From NCBI GenBank assembly GCA_016124945.1, contig WGMT01000060.1:1135-65134 (forward strand): DNA of 64,000 bases, read 5' to 3'. This DNA is from a bacterium (GTDB lineage Bacteria; Chloroflexota; Anaerolineae; Caldilineales; Caldilineaceae). A program made the position numbers and the translations under genes. Below the pieces are notes generated by a model. The model saw only the letters and a list, made by a program, of their open reading frames with translations. It was not told the origin of the DNA and did not search any database. Of this stretch, positions 55,918-64,000 are shown piece by piece. Each line of letters opens with the position of its first letter. Within the stretch, counting starts at the first letter, position 1.

Positions 55918-56403
55918 TCAATCAAATCGTTTGTGCATCGACACCTGAGGACCGGCTGTCCCCTCAAGGATCTCCCCACTGCGCTGGTAGCCGTGCCGCT
56001 CATAAAACCGTGCGCCGGTGACACTGGCGTCCACCTTCAATTCGCTAAGACCCTGGTCACGCGCCGCCGCTTCCAATGCCTGTAGCAGGGACGCGCCGAT
56101 GCCGCGTCCCTGCCATTTGGGCAGCACAAAGAAAGTGACCAATTCAGCGTCCTCAAGACCGGCGGTGGCGATGACGACACTGTCTACTTCAGCCACCAGG
56201 CTGGTACGCGTCTGGTTGATCTGGTCCACTTTGGCCGGGGAGAAGTAGTCGATGAGCGGTTGCAGCCGCTCCACGGCGTAATCAGCGCTGTTGGAAATGC
56301 GCATGGTGGTGCGGATGATTACCGACACCGTTTCGGCGTCTCCGGCCTGGTACGGACGAATGTGAACCCGCTTTGAGAGATCGCCCTGCTCACAATGATT
56401 CAT
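55918..56403 (-). CDS. GNAT-family N-acetyltransferase
   Basis: FFVLPKWQGRGIGASLLQALE...GARFYERHGY is the canonical acetyl-CoA binding motif. Confidence 0.85.
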   Translation of the reverse strand: MNHCEQGDLSKRVHIRPYQAGDAETVSVIIRTTMRISNSADYAVERLQPLIDYFSPAKVDQINQTRTSLVAEVDSVVIATAGLEDAELVTFFVLPKWQGRGIGASLLQALEAAARDQGLSELKVDASVTGARFYERHGYQRSGEILEGTAGPQVSMHKRFD

Positions 56404-56410
56404 GCGTTTT

Positions 56411-57808
56411 CTATTCCTTTAGAAATTCAATCACCTGATACCCCACCTGTACGGCCTCTTCCAGCGAACAATTTTGGCCCGTCTCAACATACGATACAGC
56501 ATCCGGTGCAGCCGTCAGTAGACGCGCCAGCAGCGTTTGAGCGCGTTGGGCGGTGCTGGGCAATGTAAACGGGTTCTGCGCCACGTGTGCAGCCAGTTGC
56601 ACAAGCTTCGGCCACAGGACGATGTCGGCCATGGGTCGCGGCGTAGGGCCGTCGAGGATTCCCCGCACCAGGGCATAGAGCGAGAAAAGTATGTGCATCT
56701 TTACACCCAATCGCACCGTGAGATCCACTGTTTCGCGCAGGTATGGCGGCGCTGCGGCGTAACGCCCCAGCGCACACAACGCCCGTCCTTTCAAGACCAG
56801 GTGTCGGCTCAGCGTTTCTGGATCGTTTAATTGACGGCTCAACGCTTCGCCTTCTTCCGCCCACACACAGGACGCCGCATAGTCGCCGAAGTCGGCGCGT
56901 AGCTTTTCGGCCGCGGCCACGGCCAGGCGTGTCTTGCCGCTGCCGCCTGCGCCCACCAGCGCCACCAGCCGGTAATTGGGCGCCTTGAGGCGGCGTGTCA
57001 GGCGATCCAATTCGCCGTCGCGGCCGATCAACGGCGTGAGGAAGGAAGGCAAATGCGGCGGCGCCTGTTGCGCCCCGGTCGCCGCCGCTTGCTGTGCCTG
57101 AATCTCACGGTAGAGCGACTCGGTCTCCGGCGACGGATCGAGATCGACTTCTGCACGCAAGATGCGCCGACACTCAGCAAAGTGGTCCAGCGCCAGATCC
57201 GGGCGACCGCTTGCCGCCAAACAGGACATCACCGCCCGATGCGCCTCTTCGTCCCAGGGGAAGATCTGCACCCACCGCAGCGCGTAGACAACGGCCGTCT
57301 CGTCCTCGTATGCGGCGCAGAGGCCGTCGATCACCTGTACGAAAAGGCGCTGCTGCTGCTGCCGCCGCCGCCAGATCTCCTGCTGGGCCAGGTGCCACGT
57401 CTCCAACTCAGCCAGGCCGTTGAGGGTAAACCCGTCCATGAACGGCCCATGCATCACGTCGAGTGCTTGCCGCTGCACCTGCAATTCATGTTGATGCAGC
57501 CATGCACCGGCCTGAACCGTGTCCACCACCAGATCCGCATGCCCCACATAACGGACACGCTGCGAAGTGATGTGCAGGCAGGTAGGCAGGTGGGCCGCCA
57601 AATTGCTCAGCGACCAACTCAAGTTTCGTTTGGCTTTGTTGAGAGGCAGATCGGGCCAGAAGAGATCGGCCAGGTGATCACGTGCGAGCGACCGATCCTC
57701 GGTGATGAGGTAGGCCAGCAGCGCAAGCGACTTACGCCGCACATTGTGCTCGATCGCGCCGTCCAAATGTAGAGAAACCGGCCCAAACAGTTGTAATTGG
57801 AAAGACAT
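56411..57808 (-). CDS. SARP-family regulator (OmpR-type wHTH + BTAD) fused to a P-loop segment; the NTPase/TPR part looks shortened
   Basis: ATG 57808 gives MSFQLQLFGPVSLHLDG.... BTAD features are present (WDEEAHRAVMSCLAASGRPDLALDHFAECRRIL), and a Walker A motif VGAGGSGKTRLA. Only about 170 aa follow the P-loop. The ORF is open to 57931. Confidence 0.75.
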   Translation of the reverse strand: MSFQLQLFGPVSLHLDGAIEHNVRRKSLALLAYLITEDRSLARDHLADLFWPDLPLNKAKRNLSWSLSNLAAHLPTCLHITSQRVRYVGHADLVVDTVQAGAWLHQHELQVQRQALDVMHGPFMDGFTLNGLAELETWHLAQQEIWRRRQQQQRLFVQVIDGLCAAYEDETAVVYALRWVQIFPWDEEAHRAVMSCLAASGRPDLALDHFAECRRILRAEVDLDPSPETESLYREIQAQQAAATGAQQAPPHLPSFLTPLIGRDGELDRLTRRLKAPNYRLVALVGAGGSGKTRLAVAAAEKLRADFGDYAASCVWAEEGEALSRQLNDPETLSRHLVLKGRALCALGRYAAAPPYLRETVDLTVRLGVKMHILFSLYALVRGILDGPTPRPMADIVLWPKLVQLAAHVAQNPFTLPSTAQRAQTLLARLLTAAPDAVSYVETGQNCSLEEAVQVGYQVIEFLKE

Positions 57809-57915
57809 AACAAGCAGGGGACCTACAGAAAGCAGCGTCTTGGCAGCATCTGCCCCGGTTACAAAACGCTGAACAGGAACACCCCAACGAACACAACAAC
57901 CTTCGCTGACAAAGC

Positions 57916-57986
57916 GAAAGGTGCGGCGCACTGGTCAAGAGATCATCGCTAAGGCATCGCTTCCTGACCAGTGCGTCGCACCTTTC
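57916..57986. repeat. 22-bp inverted repeat in the SARP / giant-gene divergent spacer
   Basis: GAAAGGTGCGGCGCACTGGTCA (57916-57937) is the reverse complement of 57965-57986 with one G/A difference. The spacer is 27 nt. Confidence 0.85.
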
Positions 57987-58056
57987 ACGGCTCTACAGTC
58001 GCAGTACTAAGGCATAGCTTACCACAGCCCCCCAGCCGCGTGCGAAGGACGCCGAA

Positions 58057-58089
58057 CTTGCAAACAGCTTGCACACACTTTGCACACAA
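58057..58089. promoter_or_regulatory. Three tandem 11-bp direct repeats (CTTGCAAACAG / CTTGCACACAC / TTTGCACACAA): candidate SARP/OmpR-type operator
   Basis: Read directly. The exact 11-bp phasing lies about 150 nt upstream of the giant gene's candidate ATG (58236) and about 250 nt upstream of the SARP start. The functional assignment is inference. Confidence 0.4.
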
Positions 58090-58165
58090 CAGCGTGGTAC
58101 TTTGCGGCTAGCCAAGACAACAAATGAGATTAAGAGATTAGGCGATTGGGGCTTCGTCGACGACG

Positions 58166-61100
58166 TTGCCGCCGCCGAATCTCCAATCGCCTAGTCTCCT
58201 AATCGCCAAATCGCTTTTTTCCCAAAAGGTGCCCAATGAAGTACCCACGTTTCGTCCCGCGTTCGCTGTGGATCATCACAATCATCGTCCTCGTGCTGGC
58301 ATCGCTCCGCTCCGGCTGGCGCCCATCGCCCGCGCCCAGGACGCGCCTACCACCGCGCTCCAACGCGCCTGGCAAACTGCCGAGGACATCGCCGCCTACC
58401 GCTACCACACCACCATCGATCAGGTCACCTCGCCGCTGCCCACCCTGGCCAATGTCGGCCTCAGCCCGCAGCAAGAGCAGATCTACATCGAAGGCAGCGT
58501 GGACCGCGCGGCCGAAACCATGCAGATGAAGCTGTGGAACGACGATGGCAACGTGATCCAAGGCGTCGGCGCGCTACAATTGGAAGTCGCCGACGGCATC
58601 GCCCGCGGACGCGTCGACGGCGGCGATTGGCAAGAAGTCGACGACTTCTCCAACTTCTTCGCCCCCGGCCAGGACCCGTTGGGCTTTGTGCGCGCCGCCC
58701 ACAACGTCACCCAGGCCGAGGAGCGCACGCTCAGCCTGCCCGAAGGCAGCACGCCCACCCTGCGCCGCTACGTCTTCGATCTCGACGGCAAAGCGCTGGC
58801 CCGCCTCGTGCGCGCCAACTGGGAAGAGAGCCTGCGCCGCCAAGGCAAACTGCCCGCCCACGTCACCCTCGAACTGCCCAGCCACTTCGTCAACATGACC
58901 GGCCACGGCGAACTCTGGATCGACGAGCGCGGCCTGCCCTGGCGCCTGCGCATGGACCTCACCTTCCCACCCACCGCCGACGAACAGCTTAACGCCGTCA
59001 TCGTCACCGATTTTTCAAGCTGGGAAAAGGACAACGTCGCCGCCGCGTCCACTGCGATCCCCACGGTGGGGGCGTTGATCTCGTCCAGCCTCCAGGGTTT
59101 AGAACGTAGCCTGCCCGCCTGGCTCTCGGTGCTGACAGGACTGATCTTGGCCGCCGTCATCGTCGCCGTGCGCCGCAGCCGCCTCGGCTACGGCGTCATC
59201 GTGGGCGTGATCATCGCCAGCATGTTGATCACCCCCATCCTCCAGGCCGAGCAGAGCGCCGCCTTCGCAGCCGACATGGACAGCCGCGCCCGCGCCGCCG
59301 CCGCAGACGCCGACAACCAGCGCCAGCTCGACGAACAAAAGGCCGCCCTCAACGCCACCACCTGGGACCCGCACGCCGATCCCCTGGCATCGCCCCAAAC
59401 CCAAGACGTTGCCCAAGATCGCGCCGCCCAGGCCGCACCGGCCCTGCCCACGCCCATCTCCATTACCGACGACGGCACAGACAGCGACGGCATCACCGAC
59501 GCCGTGGAAAAAGCCTACGGTCTCAACCCTAACCTGGCCGACACCGACGGCGATGGTCTCAGCGACGGCGTCGAAGTCTACGAACTGGGCACCACGCCCA
59601 CCGAACGCGACAGCGACTTCGACGGCCTCTCGGATCTGGCCGAAGTGCGCGGCTTTGTCCTCGGCGGGCGCAACTGGTATCTCGATCCCACCAACCCCGA
59701 CAGCAGCGGCGACGGTCAGATCGACGGCGTCACCTGCACCGAAAACAACAGCGCGCTCACCTGTCTCGACACCGACGGCGACAACCAGCCCGACGCCTTC
59801 GACCCCGACGACGACAACGACGGCGTCCCCGACCGCGTGGACACGTCCCCGGCGCTGGTGGTGGGCGACGCCCAAAACGGGCTAACCAACCGCACCTTCA
59901 CCTATGCGCTCAACCAGTTCGCCGCCAACAAGCCCATCTACGTCGACTTTCAACTGCGCCCCACCAATCCCGCGCACCTCTGGTATTCGCTCAGCGTCCT
60001 CGACTGGCCCAGCGGCGACCGCGAAGGACAGGTGCAGCGTGTCTTCAACACCACCTTTTACGACGGTCTGAGCGCCGGCCAACAGGCAAACTTGAATGCC
60101 AACGGTGGATCGTCCACACTGCGCAACGGTGACCTGCGCCTGGTGCCCCTGCTCGAAATCGCCATCCCCTTCGACGCCACCGGCGGCAACCTGCCCAAGC
60201 TGCCCAACGCGCCTACCATCAGCGCGTCCACACCCATCAGCGCCTGGCTCGACGTGGCCGCCATGCAATCTTTCGGCATTTCCGTGCGCAAAGCCAACGA
60301 GGCCGGTGACCTGCTGGCCTACGTGCCGCTTTCGCTGGTGCGCGAACAGGCCCAGAACGGCCCCGTCGCCTTTGGCGGGCGCATGCTCTACCGCCCAAGC
60401 AGCGGCGTCTTTGGCCCCGGTCACAGCGCCCGCCTAATCTGGCTGGTGGAAGCCATCACCGACCGCTGCAAAAACATGCCCGACGACTACGCCCCTGCCG
60501 ACGTCGACGAAGCGGATCGCTACGCGCATTGGTGCGGCAACAACGCCAACTGGGAGAGCAACGGCTCCACCATCGTCCACACCTACGCCGACGACTGGCT
60601 GCTCACCGGCTTTGAAGTCACCGAAAACCTGGGGATGGACGCAGCGCTGATCTACACCGATCCGGCGCGCACGACGGCCACACCTAACACCCTCTACGAG
60701 GAAGAACTCTGGCAACTCACCCAGGCCCTTGACGTCAGTCTGATGACCGGCCGCGACGAAGGCAACAACGGGCGCGATGTCACTGTGCAGACGGTGGGCA
60801 GTTGGTTCGCCGAAAACGGCGGCGGCTGTGACGCCTTCAACGGTGTGCACCCGTGGCAATGGGATCTGGCCGGCACCGCCTTACGCGCCCGCTGCTTCAG
60901 CTACGCCGACGTCACCGGCATGGGCGATCTGGGTGCGCAACGCATCCCCACCGTTTTGCAGGATCGCTACACGCCCCAGGTCAACGGCGGCCGCCAGGAC
61001 GCGCTGATCCTGGCCCTGCGCGAAGAACGGTCGCGCAACCTCCCCCTCGATCAGGCCACGCTGCCCGGTGTCACCCCGGTCAATGGCCGCATCAGCACCA

Positions 61101-61729
61101 ACAGCCTCACCCTCAGCCTCGATCCCGCCACCGTGAAAGCCGTCACCGTGGCGTCGATGAACTGGGTGCCCTACCGCTGGAACGGCGTCGACGGCTGGGA
61201 CGCCTACGCCATCGATCAATATGCCATCGCCAAAGTGGACGGCTGGGAAACGCTGCTCTCCACGGCCTGGAGCGATCCGGCAGACGCCGAAGCCGCCGCC
61301 CTCTTCGCCACCGGCTACTACCTCACCCTGGCCAGTGGACAGGCGCAGGTGGTGGAATACAACAACGCCGCTACCCAACTGGCCGCCGCCGCCGATGACG
61401 CCGCCATCTTGGCAAAGTTGGCGACGAGCAGCGTGATCGAATCCACCGTCTACGGCATGATGGACGCCATCTACAGTTGGACGGTAGGCACCAATCTCAA
61501 GGACATTGCATCACTGCTCAACATCAACAGCGCCATCAGCATGGGCTACGCCGACGCCTTCCAAAAGATCTTCGGCATTGACCAGGGCTTCATGGACAGC
61601 CTCCAACTCGAAGGGCTGGCCGGAACGATTTCACCGGCGGAGTTCATATCGTGCGCCCCGGCGAAACGATCCAATACACGGCCACGGTGGAAAACAACCT
61701 GCGCACCAGCTTCGCCCAAGGACGGCTAG
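58166..61729 (+). CDS. Giant surface protein, segment 1 (TM/anchor-like helix, thrombospondin type-3 Ca-binding repeats, large uncharacterised region)
   Basis: 1187-aa ORF. TSP3 repeats DSDGITDAVE, DTDGDGLSDGVE, DSDFDGLSDLAE and DTDGDNQPDAFDPDDDNDGVPD. The first 50 or so residues of this frame look non-coding; ..LAPIARAQD.. resembles a signal-peptidase site. Confidence 0.7.
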   Translation: MPPPNLQSPSLLIAKSLFSQKVPNEVPTFRPAFAVDHHNHRPRAGIAPLRLAPIARAQDAPTTALQRAWQTAEDIAAYRYHTTIDQVTSPLPTLANVGLSPQQEQIYIEGSVDRAAETMQMKLWNDDGNVIQGVGALQLEVADGIARGRVDGGDWQEVDDFSNFFAPGQDPLGFVRAAHNVTQAEERTLSLPEGSTPTLRRYVFDLDGKALARLVRANWEESLRRQGKLPAHVTLELPSHFVNMTGHGELWIDERGLPWRLRMDLTFPPTADEQLNAVIVTDFSSWEKDNVAAASTAIPTVGALISSSLQGLERSLPAWLSVLTGLILAAVIVAVRRSRLGYGVIVGVIIASMLITPILQAEQSAAFAADMDSRARAAAADADNQRQLDEQKAALNATTWDPHADPLASPQTQDVAQDRAAQAAPALPTPISITDDGTDSDGITDAVEKAYGLNPNLADTDGDGLSDGVEVYELGTTPTERDSDFDGLSDLAEVRGFVLGGRNWYLDPTNPDSSGDGQIDGVTCTENNSALTCLDTDGDNQPDAFDPDDDNDGVPDRVDTSPALVVGDAQNGLTNRTFTYALNQFAANKPIYVDFQLRPTNPAHLWYSLSVLDWPSGDREGQVQRVFNTTFYDGLSAGQQANLNANGGSSTLRNGDLRLVPLLEIAIPFDATGGNLPKLPNAPTISASTPISAWLDVAAMQSFGISVRKANEAGDLLAYVPLSLVREQAQNGPVAFGGRMLYRPSSGVFGPGHSARLIWLVEAITDRCKNMPDDYAPADVDEADRYAHWCGNNANWESNGSTIVHTYADDWLLTGFEVTENLGMDAALIYTDPARTTATPNTLYEEELWQLTQALDVSLMTGRDEGNNGRDVTVQTVGSWFAENGGGCDAFNGVHPWQWDLAGTALRARCFSYADVTGMGDLGAQRIPTVLQDRYTPQVNGGRQDALILALREERSRNLPLDQATLPGVTPVNGRISTNSLTLSLDPATVKAVTVASMNWVPYRWNGVDGWDAYAIDQYAIAKVDGWETLLSTAWSDPADAEAAALFATGYYLTLASGQAQVVEYNNAATQLAAAADDAAILAKLATSSVIESTVYGMMDAIYSWTVGTNLKDIASLLNINSAISMGYADAFQKIFGIDQGFMDSLQLEGLAGTISPAEFISCAPAKRSNTRPRWKTTCAPASPKDG

Positions 61730-63885
61730 ACGTCGCTTTCGCGGGGAACAGCGTGCCCCCACGCGCCTTCGAGCTAGCCCCCGGCGCGATTCAATCCACG
61801 GAGGGCACGGTCAACGTGACGGCCAACGCGTCGCAGATCATCAGCCTCACCAACACAGCGGGCGCGCAGATCATCAACGCGCTGACGGCGGCGGGTGGCC
61901 TTTCGCTCTGGCTCGGTTTCGACGAAGGTGCACCGCCCTACGTCGACAAATCGTTCCTCAACCGCACCACCACGTGTAACCCCAACTGCCCCACCGGCAT
62001 CGCCAACGAGTATCGCGGCAACGGCGCGTTCTTCAACACCAATCAGCGGCTGCGCATGGGCGCCACCCCAGCCGAGTTGGGCATCGACAACGACGGCTTC
62101 ACCTTTGCCGCTTTCGTCAAGGTCAATTTCGTTCGCTATCCGGTCTTCAGCTTCCAACTTGGGCCACAACAAATCTATCGCCTTCAGATCATCGGCAACA
62201 CACTCTGGCTGGCTACCCCAGGGCAGGCCATGGCACTGACCACGTTGCCCACGTCTGATTGGTTCCACCTGTCCTGGCGCGTGGAGCCGGACGCGACCGG
62301 CTTCCGCCACACCGTCTTCTTCGACGGTCAACCGGTGTACACGCAGACATTTGCCCACGATTGCAGTAGCAGCGGGACAAGTTGGGTGGAATTAGGCGAC
62401 GACAAAGTGCCCACCACAGTCGGCACAATCGCACTGGACGAGGTGATGCTCTTCCAGCGCCCACTCAGCCAGGACGAGATCACCAATCTGGCCGGCGATC
62501 TCGTCTTCCACCTGGACGGACGCTACCTGGCGGCTTTGAACACAGGCGGCACAATGACCGACGCCAGCGCCTACGCCAACACAATCCGCTGCGCCGAGGA
62601 CACCAACGGCCGCATCTGCCCCAGCACAGGCATTGGTCCCGGCGGCGCAGCCTATCGAGTGGGCAACAACCAAGATCAGGAGATGTTCCTGGTGCAGGGC
62701 GGCAGCCAGCTCGATCTGAGCAAGCGCAATGGACAGTTCTCACTGGCGATGTTCGTTAACGGCACCAACGGCGGCTGGGTCACCGGCAACCCCAACGAGA
62801 ACAACTCGGTTCAGCCCTTCCCCGCGCTGCGCGTGGAAAAGGACTACATCGCGCTACAATTCGGGCAGGGGGCGACGACCTGTTCCATGCAAGCCAGTGT
62901 CCCCGGAGGCATCAACGACAGTATCTTGTCGCAGGGGTGGCATCACGTGGCCGCTACCTTCGACGGCACAACGGCGCGCCTCTACCTTGACGGCGCGGAG
63001 ATCGACAACCAGATCTGCGCCAATGCCCGCCCCGGCGCGATGTCGACCTTCCACCTGGGCGGCTACAACCCCGGTGAACGTTCATCACCGGTTGGAATGA
63101 ACTACAACGGCTGGTTCGACGATGTGCGCATCTACAACTACGCGCTCACACCCGACAACCTGCGCACGTTGATCAACTTTGCCCTGCCCACCCTCGATCT
63201 GCGCATGGACGAACCCCCCGCGCGCGAATCGTTCACCGATCACTCGCAGACCAACCGGCCAGGGACGTGTCTCCTTGCCGCAGGGACCTGTCCTGTCAGC
63301 GGGCTGCCCGGTCGGATCAACCAGGGCGTAGAATTCGACGGCGTGAACGACGCCATCGCCCTGTCCACACTCGGCGACCTGGGCATGATCGGCAGCAGCT
63401 TCACCGCGGCGGCGTGGATCAAAGCGCCCGACGCCGGCTGGCACCCGGTGCTGGCGTCAGATGCCGGCGTAGGAAGTTGGGTGGTGATGACGCTGCTCAA
63501 CCGCAACGGGGTGCTCACGCCCCACTTCAATATGCCCAATGCCGGCGGCCTCGACGGCCAGCGCGTCGGTGACGGTGCAGATCTTCGACGCCAACAACAC
63601 CCCCGTCACCGACGCGCTGGCCGTCGCCGTCAACGGCAACCAGTGGCAGATCAACTATCCGTTCGACGTGCGGCCCAACGGCGTCTACACCGTGAGCGTG
63701 CGCGCCACCGATCAGGTGGACAACGAGACGGTGCGCAATGTGACTGCCAACGTGGACGGATCCCCACCACGCGGCGAAATTGCGCCCGAGTCGATCTTCA
63801 TCCAGAGCGGCACGGTGATCACCGGCAGCGCCGTCGATACGGGCGACGTGCGCAGCGGCGTGGCGGCGGTCGCCGTCGGCTTTGA
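61651..63885 (+). CDS. Giant surface protein, segment 2 (three LamG/ConA-like lectin domains); a sensible protein only up to about 63550
   Basis: LamG signatures (..DEVMLFQRPLSQDEI.., ..WHHVAATFDGTTARLYLDG...FDDVRIYNYALTPDNL..). The frame is open from 61582. The last 110 or so residues are Arg-rich out-of-frame sequence. Confidence 0.6.
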   Translation: MRPGETIQYTATVENNLRTSFAQGRLDVAFAGNSVPPRAFELAPGAIQSTEGTVNVTANASQIISLTNTAGAQIINALTAAGGLSLWLGFDEGAPPYVDKSFLNRTTTCNPNCPTGIANEYRGNGAFFNTNQRLRMGATPAELGIDNDGFTFAAFVKVNFVRYPVFSFQLGPQQIYRLQIIGNTLWLATPGQAMALTTLPTSDWFHLSWRVEPDATGFRHTVFFDGQPVYTQTFAHDCSSSGTSWVELGDDKVPTTVGTIALDEVMLFQRPLSQDEITNLAGDLVFHLDGRYLAALNTGGTMTDASAYANTIRCAEDTNGRICPSTGIGPGGAAYRVGNNQDQEMFLVQGGSQLDLSKRNGQFSLAMFVNGTNGGWVTGNPNENNSVQPFPALRVEKDYIALQFGQGATTCSMQASVPGGINDSILSQGWHHVAATFDGTTARLYLDGAEIDNQICANARPGAMSTFHLGGYNPGERSSPVGMNYNGWFDDVRIYNYALTPDNLRTLINFALPTLDLRMDEPPARESFTDHSQTNRPGTCLLAAGTCPVSGLPGRINQGVEFDGVNDAIALSTLGDLGMIGSSFTAAAWIKAPDAGWHPVLASDAGVGSWVVMTLLNRNGVLTPHFNMPNAGGLDGQRVGDGADLRRQQHPRHRRAGRRRQRQPVADQLSVRRAAQRRLHRERARHRSGGQRDGAQCDCQRGRIPTTRRNCARVDLHPERHGDHRQRRRYGRRAQRRGGGRRRL

Positions 63886-64000
63886 ACCCACCACCTGGGA
63901 CGAACAGTCCGCCGCGCACTGGCTCGACGACGGCCTACTGCTGCATCTCGCTCTGGACGAAAACAGCACGATTGCGGCGGCGCTCAGCCGCGGCATCAAC
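63539..64000 (+). CDS. Giant surface protein, segment 3 (Ig-like/beta-sandwich domain), partial at window end
   Basis: This frame, the same as segment 1, is open from 63491 to the window end. It reads ..ASASVTVQIFDANNTPVTDALAVAVNGNQWQINYPFDVRPNGVYTVSVRATDQVDNETV.., which looks like a clean bacterial Ig-like domain. Confidence 0.6.
   Translation, partial: MPAASTASASVTVQIFDANNTPVTDALAVAVNGNQWQINYPFDVRPNGVYTVSVRATDQVDNETVRNVTANVDGSPPRGEIAPESIFIQSGTVITGSAVDTGDVRSGVAAVAVGFEPTTWDEQSAAHWLDDGLLLHLALDENSTIAAALSRGIN

Larger units (their letters stand above)
58236..64000 (+). pseudogene. Giant secreted TSP3-repeat / LamG / Ig-like surface protein gene, apparently disrupted by three frame changes (frames 0 -> 2 -> 1 -> 2); continues past the window end
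   Basis: The signal-peptide-like start (58236, AAGGTG Shine-Dalgarno) is in a different frame from the long ORF 58166-61729. The second ORF overlaps the first by 79 nt and has a nonsense Arg-rich tail. A third coding frame resumes at about 63491-63560. See the findings for detail. Confidence 0.5.

Noticed and set aside
59099-61378. Several 140-260-aa minus-strand ORFs, together with Arg-rich plus-strand ORFs, in the 58-64 kb block.
   Set aside because: They are off-frame or antisense translations of very GC-rich coding DNA (Gly/Arg/Val/Ala runs). The TSP3, LamG and Ig motifs occur only in the frames reported.
61582-61729. Programmed -1 ribosomal frameshifting could join segments 1 and 2 of the giant gene.
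   Set aside because: No slippery heptamer (X XXY YYZ) or obvious downstream pseudoknot lies in the overlap. Two further frame breaks and a truncated LamG domain favour indels, deletion or sequence error.
1-64000. Searched for tRNA, rRNA, tmRNA, reverse transcriptase (retron/DGR) and recognisable phage-defence gene sets.
   Set aside because: No T-loop/acceptor-like structures or rRNA-like segments were found in the intergenic regions. No RT, Cas, restriction-modification or other defence signature was seen. The HNH protein at 26053 is a small stand-alone type with no partner genes.

Overview
A 64-kb bacterial chromosomal window. GC content is uneven: about 45% in a few AT-rich spacers or islets and above 65% in the last 6 kb (estimates by eye). 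Gene content (SpoVS, Pro/Thr-linker exoproteins, large LamG/TSP3 surface proteins, Tat-lipoprotein solute receptors) suggests a Chloroflexota-like organism, but that is inference only. I support about 47 protein genes.

- **Housekeeping:** pgpH-like 7TM-HD, yqeY, obg-nadD, RlmD-like methyltransferase, ABC-F ATPase, acyl-CoA synthetase, Nif3, and single-chain gcvP behind a tandem glycine riboswitch.
- **Transport:** TRAP dctQ/dctM with a convergent dctP, and an FNT channel.
- **Signalling:** OmpR-type RR, LuxR-TPR, SARP, and a co-directional histidine kinase -> GGDEF/HD-GYP -> S8 protease cluster.
- **Secreted proteins:** S41 and S8 peptidases, GH2 beta-mannosidase, a clan GH-A-like hydrolase, a TgpA-like transglutaminase, and a CBM9/DNRLRE-like protein.
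- **No** rRNA, tRNA or CRISPR was seen.

Most noteworthy findings:
1. A SelW/Rdx-family selenoprotein gene missing from the ORF track. It has an in-frame UGA in a CxxU motif and a SECIS-like hairpin 11 nt downstream.
2. Almost every intergenic spacer carries its own locus-specific short tandem repeat (7-20 bp units, often perfect copies). The arrays very often start at or inside the stop codon of the upstream gene.
3. A MITE-like palindromic element is present in two copies with an internal 9-bp VNTR.
4. Related GCGGAT-phased long palindromes bracket the gcvP/riboswitch unit.
5. The S8 protease ends in 11 perfect NWNSV pentapeptide repeats whose DNA differs only at synonymous sites.
6. A giant TSP3/LamG/Ig surface-protein gene is broken into at least three reading frames. 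Next to it lies a SARP regulator with 11-bp-phased direct repeats in the shared intergenic region.

All homology calls are by-eye motif recognition. No database search was run.
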